Assembly: GCA_902768125.1 (NCBI GenBank)
Contig: CACXKA010000005.1
Span: forward strand, 23,643 to 87,642
Source: an uncultured Bacteroidales bacterium
GTDB taxonomy: Bacteria > Bacteroidota > Bacteroidia > Bacteroidales > Bacteroidaceae
DNA length: 64,000 nt
Direction of reading: 5' to 3'
In this document: positions 16,736-27,542 of the stretch, in pieces
Layout of the letters: every line of letters begins with the position of its first letter
Numbering within the stretch: position 1 is the stretch's first letter
The notes under the pieces: model-generated
Database searches by the model: none
Told to the model about the DNA's origin: nothing
What the model saw: only the letters and a program-made list of their open reading frames with translations
Position numbers and translations under genes: made by a program

Positions 16736-19700
16736 TCAGTCCTTCTCAGACCTTTTCATCCATTCTGAAGGTGTCAGGCCATACAGCGCCTTGAAGCTGG
16801 TGGAGAACGCAGACAGGGACTTGAAGCCTGTGGCAATGCTGACGCCTGTGATGTCGTAGTCCTTGTCCTCCAACATTCGTGCAGCCTCTTTCAGACGCAC
16901 ATACTTGACGAAGTCGCGAGGAGACTGGCCTGTGAGGTCTTTCATCTTGCGATAGAAATGCACACGGCTGATGCCCACCTTATCGGCAATCATCTCGACG
17001 GAGAGGTCGGAATTCTCCAGATTGTCGTTGATGACTTTCATCACACGCTTCATCAGGTGTTCGTCGGGCGATTCCATATCAACCTTGTCGATGTTCACCT
17101 CCTGCTGCTTGTCGGCATTGAATTTACCCTGCAAGAGCTGGCGCGTCTTCAGCAACTGCACGATCGTGGTGCGAAGCACATCTATATTGAATGGTTTGGA
17201 CACGTAAGCGTCGGCACCATTGCTGAGACCTGCAATACGGTCGGCATCACTACCCAAAGCCGTGATCAGCACGACAGGGATATGGTTGGTGTTGAAGTTG
17301 GCTTTCAACTTCTGGCATAAGGTCATACCATCCATCACTGGCATCATAATATCGCTCACCACAATATCTATCTTGCCCGGATGAGCCACGATATAATCCC
17401 AAGCCTCCTGACCATTGCCACAAAGATGAACCGCCAATTCAGAAGACAACTCGCTCTCCATATATTGACGAATCGCCTCATCATCCTCCACCAAGAGAAC
17501 TCTCTTGCGATTGGCTTCTGTGGGCTGTCCGAGGGTCAGCAGGCTGTCTGTATCGGCATTCGCCTCATCCATGCCGTCAACGACATTGACAACGGATTCT
17601 GGCTTGATGGAACGCAAGGAAGCATCTCCCACAGGCATGTTCACCACAAAGACAGTTCCCTTTCCTTCTGGGTTGTCCTCCACAGAGATGGAGCCCTTGT
17701 GCAGACGCACCAACATGGAGGTCAGATTCAAACCGATACCCGTTCCCATGTAACCATGCTGATGCTGAGCAGAATAGAAGCGCTCGAACACTTTCTGCTT
17801 CTCATCATCAGGAATGCCGACACCAGAGTCTATCACCTTGATTTCGAAGTCTGAACCCTTCTCTTGGAGTTCCAAGACGATTCTGCCACCATCCTGCGTG
17901 AACTTGAAGGCGTTGGAGAGCAGGTTCATCACAATCTTGTCCATATTGTCTGGGTCCACATACACCTGCATCCTATCTTTGTCATGCACAAACTCATAGG
18001 TGATGTTTCGGCTCTGAGCATTCGTCACAAACACATCATAGATGCTCTGGATGAAATCCACCAACTCCACAGGATGATAATCCAGCAAGAACTTGCCCTG
18101 CTCTATCTTCCTCACATCCATCATCTGGTTAATCAGACGCAAGATACGATTGGAGTTCTGCTTCATCAGCTGATAGTTCCTTTGACGCTCAGGGTCCTTG
18201 TCACGACCGATCAGTTTCTCCAATGGAGCCAATATCAGCGTCATAGGCGTACGAATTTCATGACTGATGTTCATAAAGAACTGCACACGCGCCTCATTCA
18301 GTTCATGTTGCTGACGGTTGCGTGCCATGACATGGCGCAATCTTACCTGACGCCTTACATATTCATAAACGAACCAACACAAGGCGAGGAACAGCAAGAA
18401 ATAGACCACCTTTGCCCATACAGAAGCATACCAAGCTGGGTGCACTACGGCAATCAGTTCGCGTTCGCCGCTGACTGCGCCCAGCGCAAGCGCTCTCACC
18501 TTGATGTGATACGTGCCCGGTTGTAAGTTATCAAAGATGATACGGGAGCTATTGCCACCCTGATCCATCCATTTGCCCCCATCAATGCTGTATTCATATG
18601 TCACATGCTGGTTGCTCAGTCCCTCCACGCACAATTCCAGTGCAAAGTGGTTGTCAGTGTGGCACAAATCCATCCTGCCACAATCATTGATCAGTCCTTG
18701 CAAGACAGCATAGCTTCCAGACATATCCCCTTGATGGATAGGCTTGTCATCTATCAATACATCAACAAAGCGCAGACTCAAGACACGTTCTTTGCCCTGC
18801 CAGTCTTTCATCTCTTTCGTGTCAAAGTAGGTGATGCCACCAACACCGCTAAAATACAATTTGCCATCCAACGCAAATGCGGCACCACGACTAAACTCAT
18901 TGTCCTGCAAACCATCATCCATGAAGAAATTGGTGAAAGTCCCCTTTCTCGTATCCATGCAAGACAAACCAAAATCAGTACCCACCCACAGGTTATCGCC
19001 ATCCACACACACTGATGTAACACTGTTGATAGGCAGGCCATCAGCTACCGTGTACGTACGCGTTGTGAACGACATGCAATCAATCTTCTGCAAGCCCTCA
19101 TTCGTGGCAGCCCAAATGTAAGCACCATCTACCGACAAAGCAAGATGGCGTATGGAGCTATGTCCAGGAATTCTGGTGCTCTTATAAAGAATTCTTCCGT
19201 CCTCTTCGATACGACAGACAATGATACCGTCAGCCGTTCCAACAAAGAGCTGATCCTTCACCGGCAAGACCGTATAGACATAAGGGTTTCCTATCACCTT
19301 GGCATCAGAAGAACTGTCCTGCACTGGTTTGTAAACAATATGCTTCCCCGTTGAATGATCATAATAATAAAAACCATCTCCCATGGAAGCAATCCAATAG
19401 CAATCCTTTTTTGCTGCCTCACGAATCTCAAATATCCAATTGAAGTCTTTGGTCAAACAAGAGAAACGACCATCCTTCATTTGCCACAATCCCTCATAGA
19501 ACGTACCCAAGAGCAATGTGGAAGAAGGCGCATCAAAGATAGTGGTGAATGCATGCGGCATGCCAGGATTCGTTTCTGCATTCCAATGTTTGGAGGCAGT
19601 ACCATCCGCAGCCAGGAGATACAATCCGTCATTCTCCACCGATGCCCAAAAACCTTTTGTGAAAGGAGCCGGATTCACCGCCTTAGCCAAGGCGTAAACA

Positions 19701-20743
19701 GCATTTTGTCCAACCGTATTCTTGAAGATGGAATTTTGTCCGATATAGTCAAAGGCTGACTGGTTGATAGGCTTCACCACTACACCCTTCATGTACACAG
19801 CTGCCCACGCATTGCCAAAAGAGTCATACATGGCATCCATTACATTGCTGGTCGCCATATCAAAGTCCTTCACTGATATCACATGCGGACTGATCCTCCC
19901 TACTTTTTCATCATAAACGCGCACACCACCACCATCTGTACTGAGAAGCAGACGACCGTCTGTCCATGTCCTGAGGTTCTGTACCGCACCCCCTAACTCA
20001 TCTGGTGATGCCACCAAGTTAAATTGGTCCTGTGCGCTGTCATACACATAGAATCCATTATTGTAAGTGGCTGCATACACTTTCCCCGACGAACTGGCAC
20101 ACACCTTCCTCAACAATCGCAGCCCCTCATAACGATGAAAGCCCTTTGGCGTTTTTCTGAACAATGCTCCTAAACCAGTAATAATCCAAGTTCTCCCTTT
20201 AGGGTCATCAAAGAGGCGAATGGAGCTAACGCCTTCTATATCGAATTCCTCTGTACGTTTCGTGTAAAACTCACCCTTCTTGTTTTTCAGGAGTTCGCCA
20301 TTGCCATATCCAGCATAGCACACAATCACTCGATTCTTCCTCAAGCGGTTGATACTCACCACACGTGCCTTGACCGTATCGTTTTCAGACCTGATAAAAG
20401 GAATATCTGTGAATTGGTTGGTGGCGTAATCAAACACCTGCAATCCAGCTCCCGTACCGATGAGCATTGTCCCTTTCTTATATTCAAAAACAAATGTACT
20501 CTCATCATAGCAGAGCGACGAGGGATTGCCTATCTCATGACGATAGACATTCATCTTCACGCCATCGTAGCGGTTCAAGCCGTTTTGCGTGGTCACCCAA
20601 ATGTTGTGCAAACTGTCTTCTGTCAGATTGCGCACCCGGGAATTAGACAAGCCCTGTTTTGAACTGAAGAACATGACGTTTTGAGCACCCAAACCAAGTG
20701 TTCCCAAAACAAAATATAGAAGGGTTAGTAAATAAAATTTCAT
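16736..20743 (-). CDS. hybrid two-component system sensor kinase/response regulator with AraC-type HTH (HTCS)
   Basis: It has a periplasmic beta-propeller/Y_Y_Y region and a TM segment. It also has a HisKA box (FFMNISHEIRTPMTLI), an HATPase (VIDSGVGIP), a receiver (DIVVSDIMMPVMDG) and a C-terminal AraC HTH. I chose the ATG at 20743 because a TACCTTTG -7 box lies at 20776-20783, inside the GTG-started track ORF. Confidence 0.9.
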   Translation of the reverse strand: MKFYLLTLLYFVLGTLGLGAQNVMFFSSKQGLSNSRVRNLTEDSLHNIWVTTQNGLNRYDGVKMNVYRHEIGNPSSLCYDESTFVFEYKKGTMLIGTGAGLQVFDYATNQFTDIPFIRSENDTVKARVVSINRLRKNRVIVCYAGYGNGELLKNKKGEFYTKRTEEFDIEGVSSIRLFDDPKGRTWIITGLGALFRKTPKGFHRYEGLRLLRKVCASSSGKVYAATYNNGFYVYDSAQDQFNLVASPDELGGAVQNLRTWTDGRLLLSTDGGGVRVYDEKVGRISPHVISVKDFDMATSNVMDAMYDSFGNAWAAVYMKGVVVKPINQSAFDYIGQNSIFKNTVGQNAVYALAKAVNPAPFTKGFWASVENDGLYLLAADGTASKHWNAETNPGMPHAFTTIFDAPSSTLLLGTFYEGLWQMKDGRFSCLTKDFNWIFEIREAAKKDCYWIASMGDGFYYYDHSTGKHIVYKPVQDSSSDAKVIGNPYVYTVLPVKDQLFVGTADGIIVCRIEEDGRILYKSTRIPGHSSIRHLALSVDGAYIWAATNEGLQKIDCMSFTTRTYTVADGLPINSVTSVCVDGDNLWVGTDFGLSCMDTRKGTFTNFFMDDGLQDNEFSRGAAFALDGKLYFSGVGGITYFDTKEMKDWQGKERVLSLRFVDVLIDDKPIHQGDMSGSYAVLQGLINDCGRMDLCHTDNHFALELCVEGLSNQHVTYEYSIDGGKWMDQGGNSSRIIFDNLQPGTYHIKVRALALGAVSGERELIAVVHPAWYASVWAKVVYFLLFLALCWFVYEYVRRQVRLRHVMARNRQQHELNEARVQFFMNISHEIRTPMTLILAPLEKLIGRDKDPERQRNYQLMKQNSNRILRLINQMMDVRKIEQGKFLLDYHPVELVDFIQSIYDVFVTNAQSRNITYEFVHDKDRMQVYVDPDNMDKIVMNLLSNAFKFTQDGGRIVLELQEKGSDFEIKVIDSGVGIPDDEKQKVFERFYSAQHQHGYMGTGIGLNLTSMLVRLHKGSISVEDNPEGKGTVFVVNMPVGDASLRSIKPESVVNVVDGMDEANADTDSLLTLGQPTEANRKRVLLVEDDEAIRQYMESELSSELAVHLCGNGQEAWDYIVAHPGKIDIVVSDIMMPVMDGMTLCQKLKANFNTNHIPVVLITALGSDADRIAGLSNGADAYVSKPFNIDVLRTTIVQLLKTRQLLQGKFNADKQQEVNIDKVDMESPDEHLMKRVMKVINDNLENSDLSVEMIADKVGISRVHFYRKMKDLTGQSPRDFVKYVRLKEAARMLEDKDYDITGVSIATGFKSLSAFSTSFKALYGLTPSEWMKRSEKD

Positions 20744-20855
20744 CGTTGTCGTATTAAGTTTAGTGTATTCAGGTACAAAGGTAATAATTATAATTGACAC
20801 TTAGCAAGGGATGATTCTTAAATTTTCTGAATAGCAGGAAAAAAACAAAGAGAAA

Positions 20856-20898
20856 GCGATAAAAACAGGTGGCTGCACCCATTAAGGTACAGCCACCA
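20856..20898 (-). terminator. rho-independent terminator of the 1193-aa gene
   Basis: On the minus strand the stem is GGTGGCTG...CAGCCACC, followed by TGTTTTTATC. Confidence 0.7.
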
Positions 20899-20929
20899 CG
20901 GTTACAATATAATACTCTGAGAAATATGC

Positions 20930-23900
20930 TTATTTCTGAAGAACCTTCACACCGTTCTTGATGACGATGCCCTTGTAGTTCTCATCCACTTGCTGACCAG
21001 CGAGGTTGTAGATGACATCTGTCTGAGCAGCTGGAGTAGCCTCTACAGCTTCGATAGCAGTTTCGATGTCCTGAGCCAACTTCTGAGCAGCTGCTGCGTA
21101 GTCATAACCTTCGAGAGGATTAGTGAAGTAAAGCGTAGCATTTCTTACCCAAGTGTTGGTATCCCAGAATGCTGCTGGCTCGTAAGCACCCAGCTCTTCA
21201 CTCCAAGTATGAGTGGAAGCCTTGCCAGAACCCAAGTGTTCAACAGCACCGATAGTGAGTTTCTGACCATCCTTAATCTTAATGCCAGGAATGTAAGTAG
21301 CATAACCCTGATCATTGTAAGAACCCACTGTGAATGGAACCATGATAGGAGCCTCGTCATCCACCTGGGCGAAGATGTACTTATCCCAAACACCATTTTC
21401 GTCCTGAGCGTTGAAGAAGCCGTATTGGCCATCACCATCAGGATTGTTCTTAGAAGCAGTACGAGACTGGATGTTCACCATATATTCACCTGCTGGAATA
21501 TTCTCAATCACCTGATAGAACTTGTATTCTGCGCTCTGGCCATAACCATTGAGTGAAGCAGTAACCACTGGATTGTCAGCAGAAGCAGCAGTTGTCATCT
21601 TAGCAGAACCAGTATGAGTTTCTGTCTCTTCTTGATCATTGGTCGTCTCGTAGGTAAGACCTTCGAAAGTCCAACCAGCAAAGTCAACTACTTGTGCATC
21701 GGTGTTCGTAGTATAGAAGTTCGGATTTCTAACATAACCAGAAGCAGGGATACCAGAAAGGAGGAGCTTGTGACCATCAGCATCGTGTGTAGCAACAGAT
21801 TCTGGATCAGTCTCGTCAAATCCTTCCTCATCCACCTCTGAGCTATACTTCTTCTCTTTCAAAGCATCAAGGTCATCACCATTAACGATTGCATTATAGA
21901 GTGCAAGAGTAATATGCTTGTTCGCAGCTTCGATATCTGGAGTTGCATCGTCTGCAAGAGCGTCCAAAGCGTCAATCACTTCATCAGCAACACCGAGTTT
22001 CATTGCCAATTCAGAAGCACGAGCAGCACGGTATGTCAGAATGTCAACAATACTCTTAATGTTGTTCAAGATACCAGGAACACCATCCACATCCTTAGAT
22101 GCAGCTGCGAGTTCATCGTCAGAGAAGCCCTTTGGATCAACGCCGTCATACTTCTTGATGATAGCCTCAGCATCCTTCACCTTCGGATTTGTCTTATACT
22201 TACCTTCGAGTGTTTCGATAGAAGACTGAGCATCAGCAAGCTTCTTCACGAAGTTGTCGTAGTTTGCCTTGCGCTCTGCGAGCTTCTGGCTTGCAGCACT
22301 CAGTTCCTTCACCATGGCTTCAACTTCTTGAGGATTGGTGAATGAGCCATCCTGAGCCTTCTTGATAGTTTCAGCCAAAGCAGTCTTAGCTGTACCATCA
22401 TACTTCTCATCAGCACCATTCAGATTCATCTGAGCAGTTTCAATGGCATCTTTCAGTTTCTTCATTGCTGCTGCACCAGAAGAAGCAGGCTTAGATGTAA
22501 CAGAGAGAGAAGTGAGAATCCAGCACTGCCAACCACTGTTACCTTCAAATTCCACATAATAGTAACCAGGTTCAGTAACAACGAACTCATATTCAACAGG
22601 AGTCATAGCATCATCAGTTGTGATCGTTGTACCTTCATGCAAAATCTTTGCATCTGGCACGATACCAGTTTCTTCAAAAATCACTTCAGGTGTTTCATCA
22701 CCAGGCTTGCACACTCTTACAGCGTATGGTTGAGAATGGTCTTCCCATGCACCATTACGGAAAGTCAGAAGATAAGTACCTTCGTCAAGATAGAGCGCTT
22801 CTTCGTCTGTGATACCCTCTGGAAGCTGGCCACCAATAGCCAACTCAGCTGCATACTTACCAAACTGGAGGAGACCCTGAGAACTATTACGAGCACCCCA
22901 ATAGATACCATGATTCACGTGGTCGTTTGCACCCATGATACGTGGAGCGCCACCACCTGTATAAGGTTCAGCAGATGTACTCTGACGCTCGCCATTGTCA
23001 CTTGTACCGCTATAACCGATTGGAAGAGCATCCTGACCATAACCAGTGTAGTCAGACTGCAATGCAATCACCTCTTCTGCGTCGCCCTGAGGCTCACCAA
23101 TTTCAAATGTAACCACTGCATCTTCAGCAGCAACAGAACCTTCGGCATTCTTCAAGCCTGAAATAACCACCTGATATTCACCATCAGTAAGACCCGAAAC
23201 AGGAACTGTCACTGTCTTTCCATCTTCGGAAAGTGTAATGCCTGCAGTAAGATCCGTCTTCTTAGTACCCTTCATCAGCGTAGCCTTAGCATTCTTTGCG
23301 CTCACAGCTGTAGTGAAAGTCATAGAAACTTCCTTCACATCTTCTGGCTTCAAATTGAATGAGTTGTTCACAGGAACTGAACTTCTCACAGTGGGCTGAC
23401 CCCATGCTGCAAATTCAGTGTCAACATTCTCATCCCAGTATCCCTGTTCGTTCTTGAAAGCGAACACCTGAACGTTGCCAGTTTTGTCAGAGCTTGGACG
23501 GTCAGCAGAAGAGTAAAGCAGTTCTTCAGAACCTTCGAAGCTTACAACCACATTAGACTCCTCGTCCAACATAGCATCCACAAGAATATAAAGGAAACCG
23601 TCCTCCTTACCTTCCAAATAAAGAACATCTACCTCTTCGTCATCTACAGTTACTTTAACAAGTTCCTTATCCAATGAGATTGTTCCCTTATTTGCCTTAG
23701 CAAGGCTGGCAATGTTAGTGGCATAACCGAAGTCTATCTTAATAATTTCATCACTGTAAGTAACTTCCTTGACAGCCACACCCTCGTCAATCCTGATGTC
23801 ATCAAGATAGTATGTAACAGGGCAGAACATGTTAGCGATAAAGAAGTAAACTTCAGGAAGTTTCTCGTTGAAGTGCTGTCTGTAAGTCTCACCAGCTTGA

Positions 23901-24511
23901 CCACCAAATCTTGAAGGATACTCACCAGTTCCCTGCCATGATGGGATGGTAGCATCCATTGCCTCAGCCGTTGGGTTGTAAACAACAAATGACATGTGCT
24001 GCCACTCACCATTGAATGGAGTCTGTGCATTAGGACCCGTCACCTGGTTTAAACCATAACTCAAAATAGACTTGTCATAGTTTTCCATACCCTTAGAGAG
24101 CCAAGAAGTAAGCTTAGTATGCTCTTCTGTTGGTCCCCCCTCTGCATCGGTTCCTTCATAAGTAGGATCAGCCTTAATCCAGAAGCTGACACGGTAAGGG
24201 GTTTCCAGCTTCATGGGGAAACTCATCTTGAAACCACGATCCCAAGACTGACCCACAGCGCCTGTGTTGGCTGCCATAAAGCAGTACTCACCACTGTGTG
24301 GATCCTCTGTTGACTTTTCAGTCCACGTGTCAGTGTCTTTGTAGTTCACCCAGTCGCCATAAGTTCCGAGCTCGGGTGTCAAGGCATACTCTGTCTTGAA
24401 GGCATCCAATGGAGTGTCGTCTTCAAAACCAAGCTGTGCCACAACGGTCTGTGCCTGCAAGGAAGCGGCACCTAAAAGACCAGCTGCAATCAGTAAGTAA
24501 ATTCTTCTCAT
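20930..24511 (-). CDS. large multidomain secreted protein of unknown function with a T9SS C-terminal sorting domain
   Basis: 1193 aa with a signal peptide. It has jelly-roll/CBM-like N-terminal and C-terminal modules, a helical Ala/Lys/Asp-rich central region, and the tail ...VIYNLAGQQVDENYKGIVIKNGVKVLQK. Confidence 0.75.
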   Translation of the reverse strand: MRRIYLLIAAGLLGAASLQAQTVVAQLGFEDDTPLDAFKTEYALTPELGTYGDWVNYKDTDTWTEKSTEDPHSGEYCFMAANTGAVGQSWDRGFKMSFPMKLETPYRVSFWIKADPTYEGTDAEGGPTEEHTKLTSWLSKGMENYDKSILSYGLNQVTGPNAQTPFNGEWQHMSFVVYNPTAEAMDATIPSWQGTGEYPSRFGGQAGETYRQHFNEKLPEVYFFIANMFCPVTYYLDDIRIDEGVAVKEVTYSDEIIKIDFGYATNIASLAKANKGTISLDKELVKVTVDDEEVDVLYLEGKEDGFLYILVDAMLDEESNVVVSFEGSEELLYSSADRPSSDKTGNVQVFAFKNEQGYWDENVDTEFAAWGQPTVRSSVPVNNSFNLKPEDVKEVSMTFTTAVSAKNAKATLMKGTKKTDLTAGITLSEDGKTVTVPVSGLTDGEYQVVISGLKNAEGSVAAEDAVVTFEIGEPQGDAEEVIALQSDYTGYGQDALPIGYSGTSDNGERQSTSAEPYTGGGAPRIMGANDHVNHGIYWGARNSSQGLLQFGKYAAELAIGGQLPEGITDEEALYLDEGTYLLTFRNGAWEDHSQPYAVRVCKPGDETPEVIFEETGIVPDAKILHEGTTITTDDAMTPVEYEFVVTEPGYYYVEFEGNSGWQCWILTSLSVTSKPASSGAAAMKKLKDAIETAQMNLNGADEKYDGTAKTALAETIKKAQDGSFTNPQEVEAMVKELSAASQKLAERKANYDNFVKKLADAQSSIETLEGKYKTNPKVKDAEAIIKKYDGVDPKGFSDDELAAASKDVDGVPGILNNIKSIVDILTYRAARASELAMKLGVADEVIDALDALADDATPDIEAANKHITLALYNAIVNGDDLDALKEKKYSSEVDEEGFDETDPESVATHDADGHKLLLSGIPASGYVRNPNFYTTNTDAQVVDFAGWTFEGLTYETTNDQEETETHTGSAKMTTAASADNPVVTASLNGYGQSAEYKFYQVIENIPAGEYMVNIQSRTASKNNPDGDGQYGFFNAQDENGVWDKYIFAQVDDEAPIMVPFTVGSYNDQGYATYIPGIKIKDGQKLTIGAVEHLGSGKASTHTWSEELGAYEPAAFWDTNTWVRNATLYFTNPLEGYDYAAAAQKLAQDIETAIEAVEATPAAQTDVIYNLAGQQVDENYKGIVIKNGVKVLQK

Positions 24512-24515
24512 ACTT

Positions 24516-24573
24516 TAAGTTTTTGGTTAAATGAATTTTGGTTAAATGTTTGTTGTTAAGTTTTTGGTTAAAT
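24516..24573. repeat. three copies of TTTTGGTTAAAT in the 5' leader of the 1193-aa gene
   Basis: TTAAGTTTTTGGTTAAAT occurs at 24516-24532 and 24557-24573 (identical 17-mers). TTTTGGTTAAAT occurs at 24536-24547. Confidence 0.85.
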
Positions 24574-24616
24574 ATAATATTATGTGATTTGCCTTTTAAG
24601 CAATAAAATTCCGCTG

Positions 24617-24624
24617 CAAAGTTA
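24617..24624 (-). promoter_or_regulatory. -7 promoter box TAACTTTG for the 1193-aa gene (about 105-nt leader)
   Basis: It is the reverse complement of CAAAGTTA within CGCTGCAAAGTTATGG. Confidence 0.55.
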
Positions 24625-24643
24625 TGGAAATTGCAAAACAAAC

Positions 24644-24717
24644 ATTTTGCGAGATGTTACATATATTTTTCGATAGGTTACATAAACAGGGCAAAATGCC
24701 CGGATGTAACATTTTTT
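24644..24717. promoter_or_regulatory. cluster of four GTTACAT/ATGTAAC motifs (candidate activator operator)
   Basis: TGTTACAT lies at 24645-24652, GTTACAT at 24667-24673, ATGTAACAT at 24694-24702 and ATGTAACA at 24710-24717. They are symmetric around the palindrome GGGCAAAATGCCC and lie just upstream of the -7 box. Confidence 0.4.
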
Positions 24718-24798
24718 GGATGTAACAGGAAACAAAAAGACCTCGAAAGCCAAAGACTTTCGAGGTCTGTTCACCCTGTTCAAAAGGGCTTATTCTGT

Positions 24799-26970
<2,172 letters not shown>

Positions 26971-27325
26971 TTAGTTTTTAAAAAGATTTGGTAAATATAA
27001 TTAAATATTAATATGTCATACAACATGTCACTTTCTTGCCGGATATTAGACCTAGCAACCAACTATTAGTTTAATTGCCAGAAGCAAAAATCATCAGATA
27101 CACACAAAAACACACAAATACTGACAAGTTTTGGAACAACGTTGAGTGCAAAGGTACGGAAAAACAAAATATAAAACTTTATATAGCGTTCCATAATCTT
27201 TCATTTTTGATACATTCGCTCCTCCAACACCCCATTTTTGCAAGAAAAGCAATTTGTAACACCTTGTAAAATTGTTGAAACATGCGAGAAAGCCTATGTC
27301 GTAAAAAGTCCGTAACTTTGCACCA

Positions 27326-27412
27326 GAAAATTGATAATAAATAGGTTAGTAAAAAAAGTTTAGTATTCAACTGGGGGCTTCTCTTCGTGATGAAGGGGAG
27401 CCTCGTTTTTTT
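27326..27412 (+). ncRNA. candidate small RNA, copy 2 (paralog of 16586-16680)
   Basis: An identical 27-nt promoter block AAAAGTCCGTAACTTTGCACCAGAAAA is present (-7 box at 27313-27320). It shares the ATAAATAGGTTA box. A 13-bp hairpin spans 27374-27404, followed by GTTTTTTT. There is no ORF. Ends are approximate. Confidence 0.5.
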
Positions 27413-27469
27413 GTAGGTGAGTGCGGTGGAGATATTTTTACTGTGCGGAGAAAAAATTGTTCGAGTGCG

Positions 27470-27516
27470 GAGAAAAAAAAATCCACCGCACTGCAGCAAA
27501 AACAGCAGTACGGTGG
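27470..27516 (-). terminator. rho-independent terminator of the GH43 gene
   Basis: On the minus strand the stem is CCACCGTACTGC...GCAGTGCGGTGG, followed by ATTTTTTTTT. Confidence 0.8.
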
Positions 27517-27542
27517 AAAAAAGTTTATCCTACAAGGCTACA

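Noticed and set aside
27415-27470. Tandem GTGCGG(T)GGAGA(A)n repeats as a regulatory array
   Set aside because: There are three loose copies next to the GH43 terminator. The first copy pairs with TCCACCGCACT at 27482-27492, so the copies are most simply alternative arms of the terminator hairpin. There is no independent support for another function.
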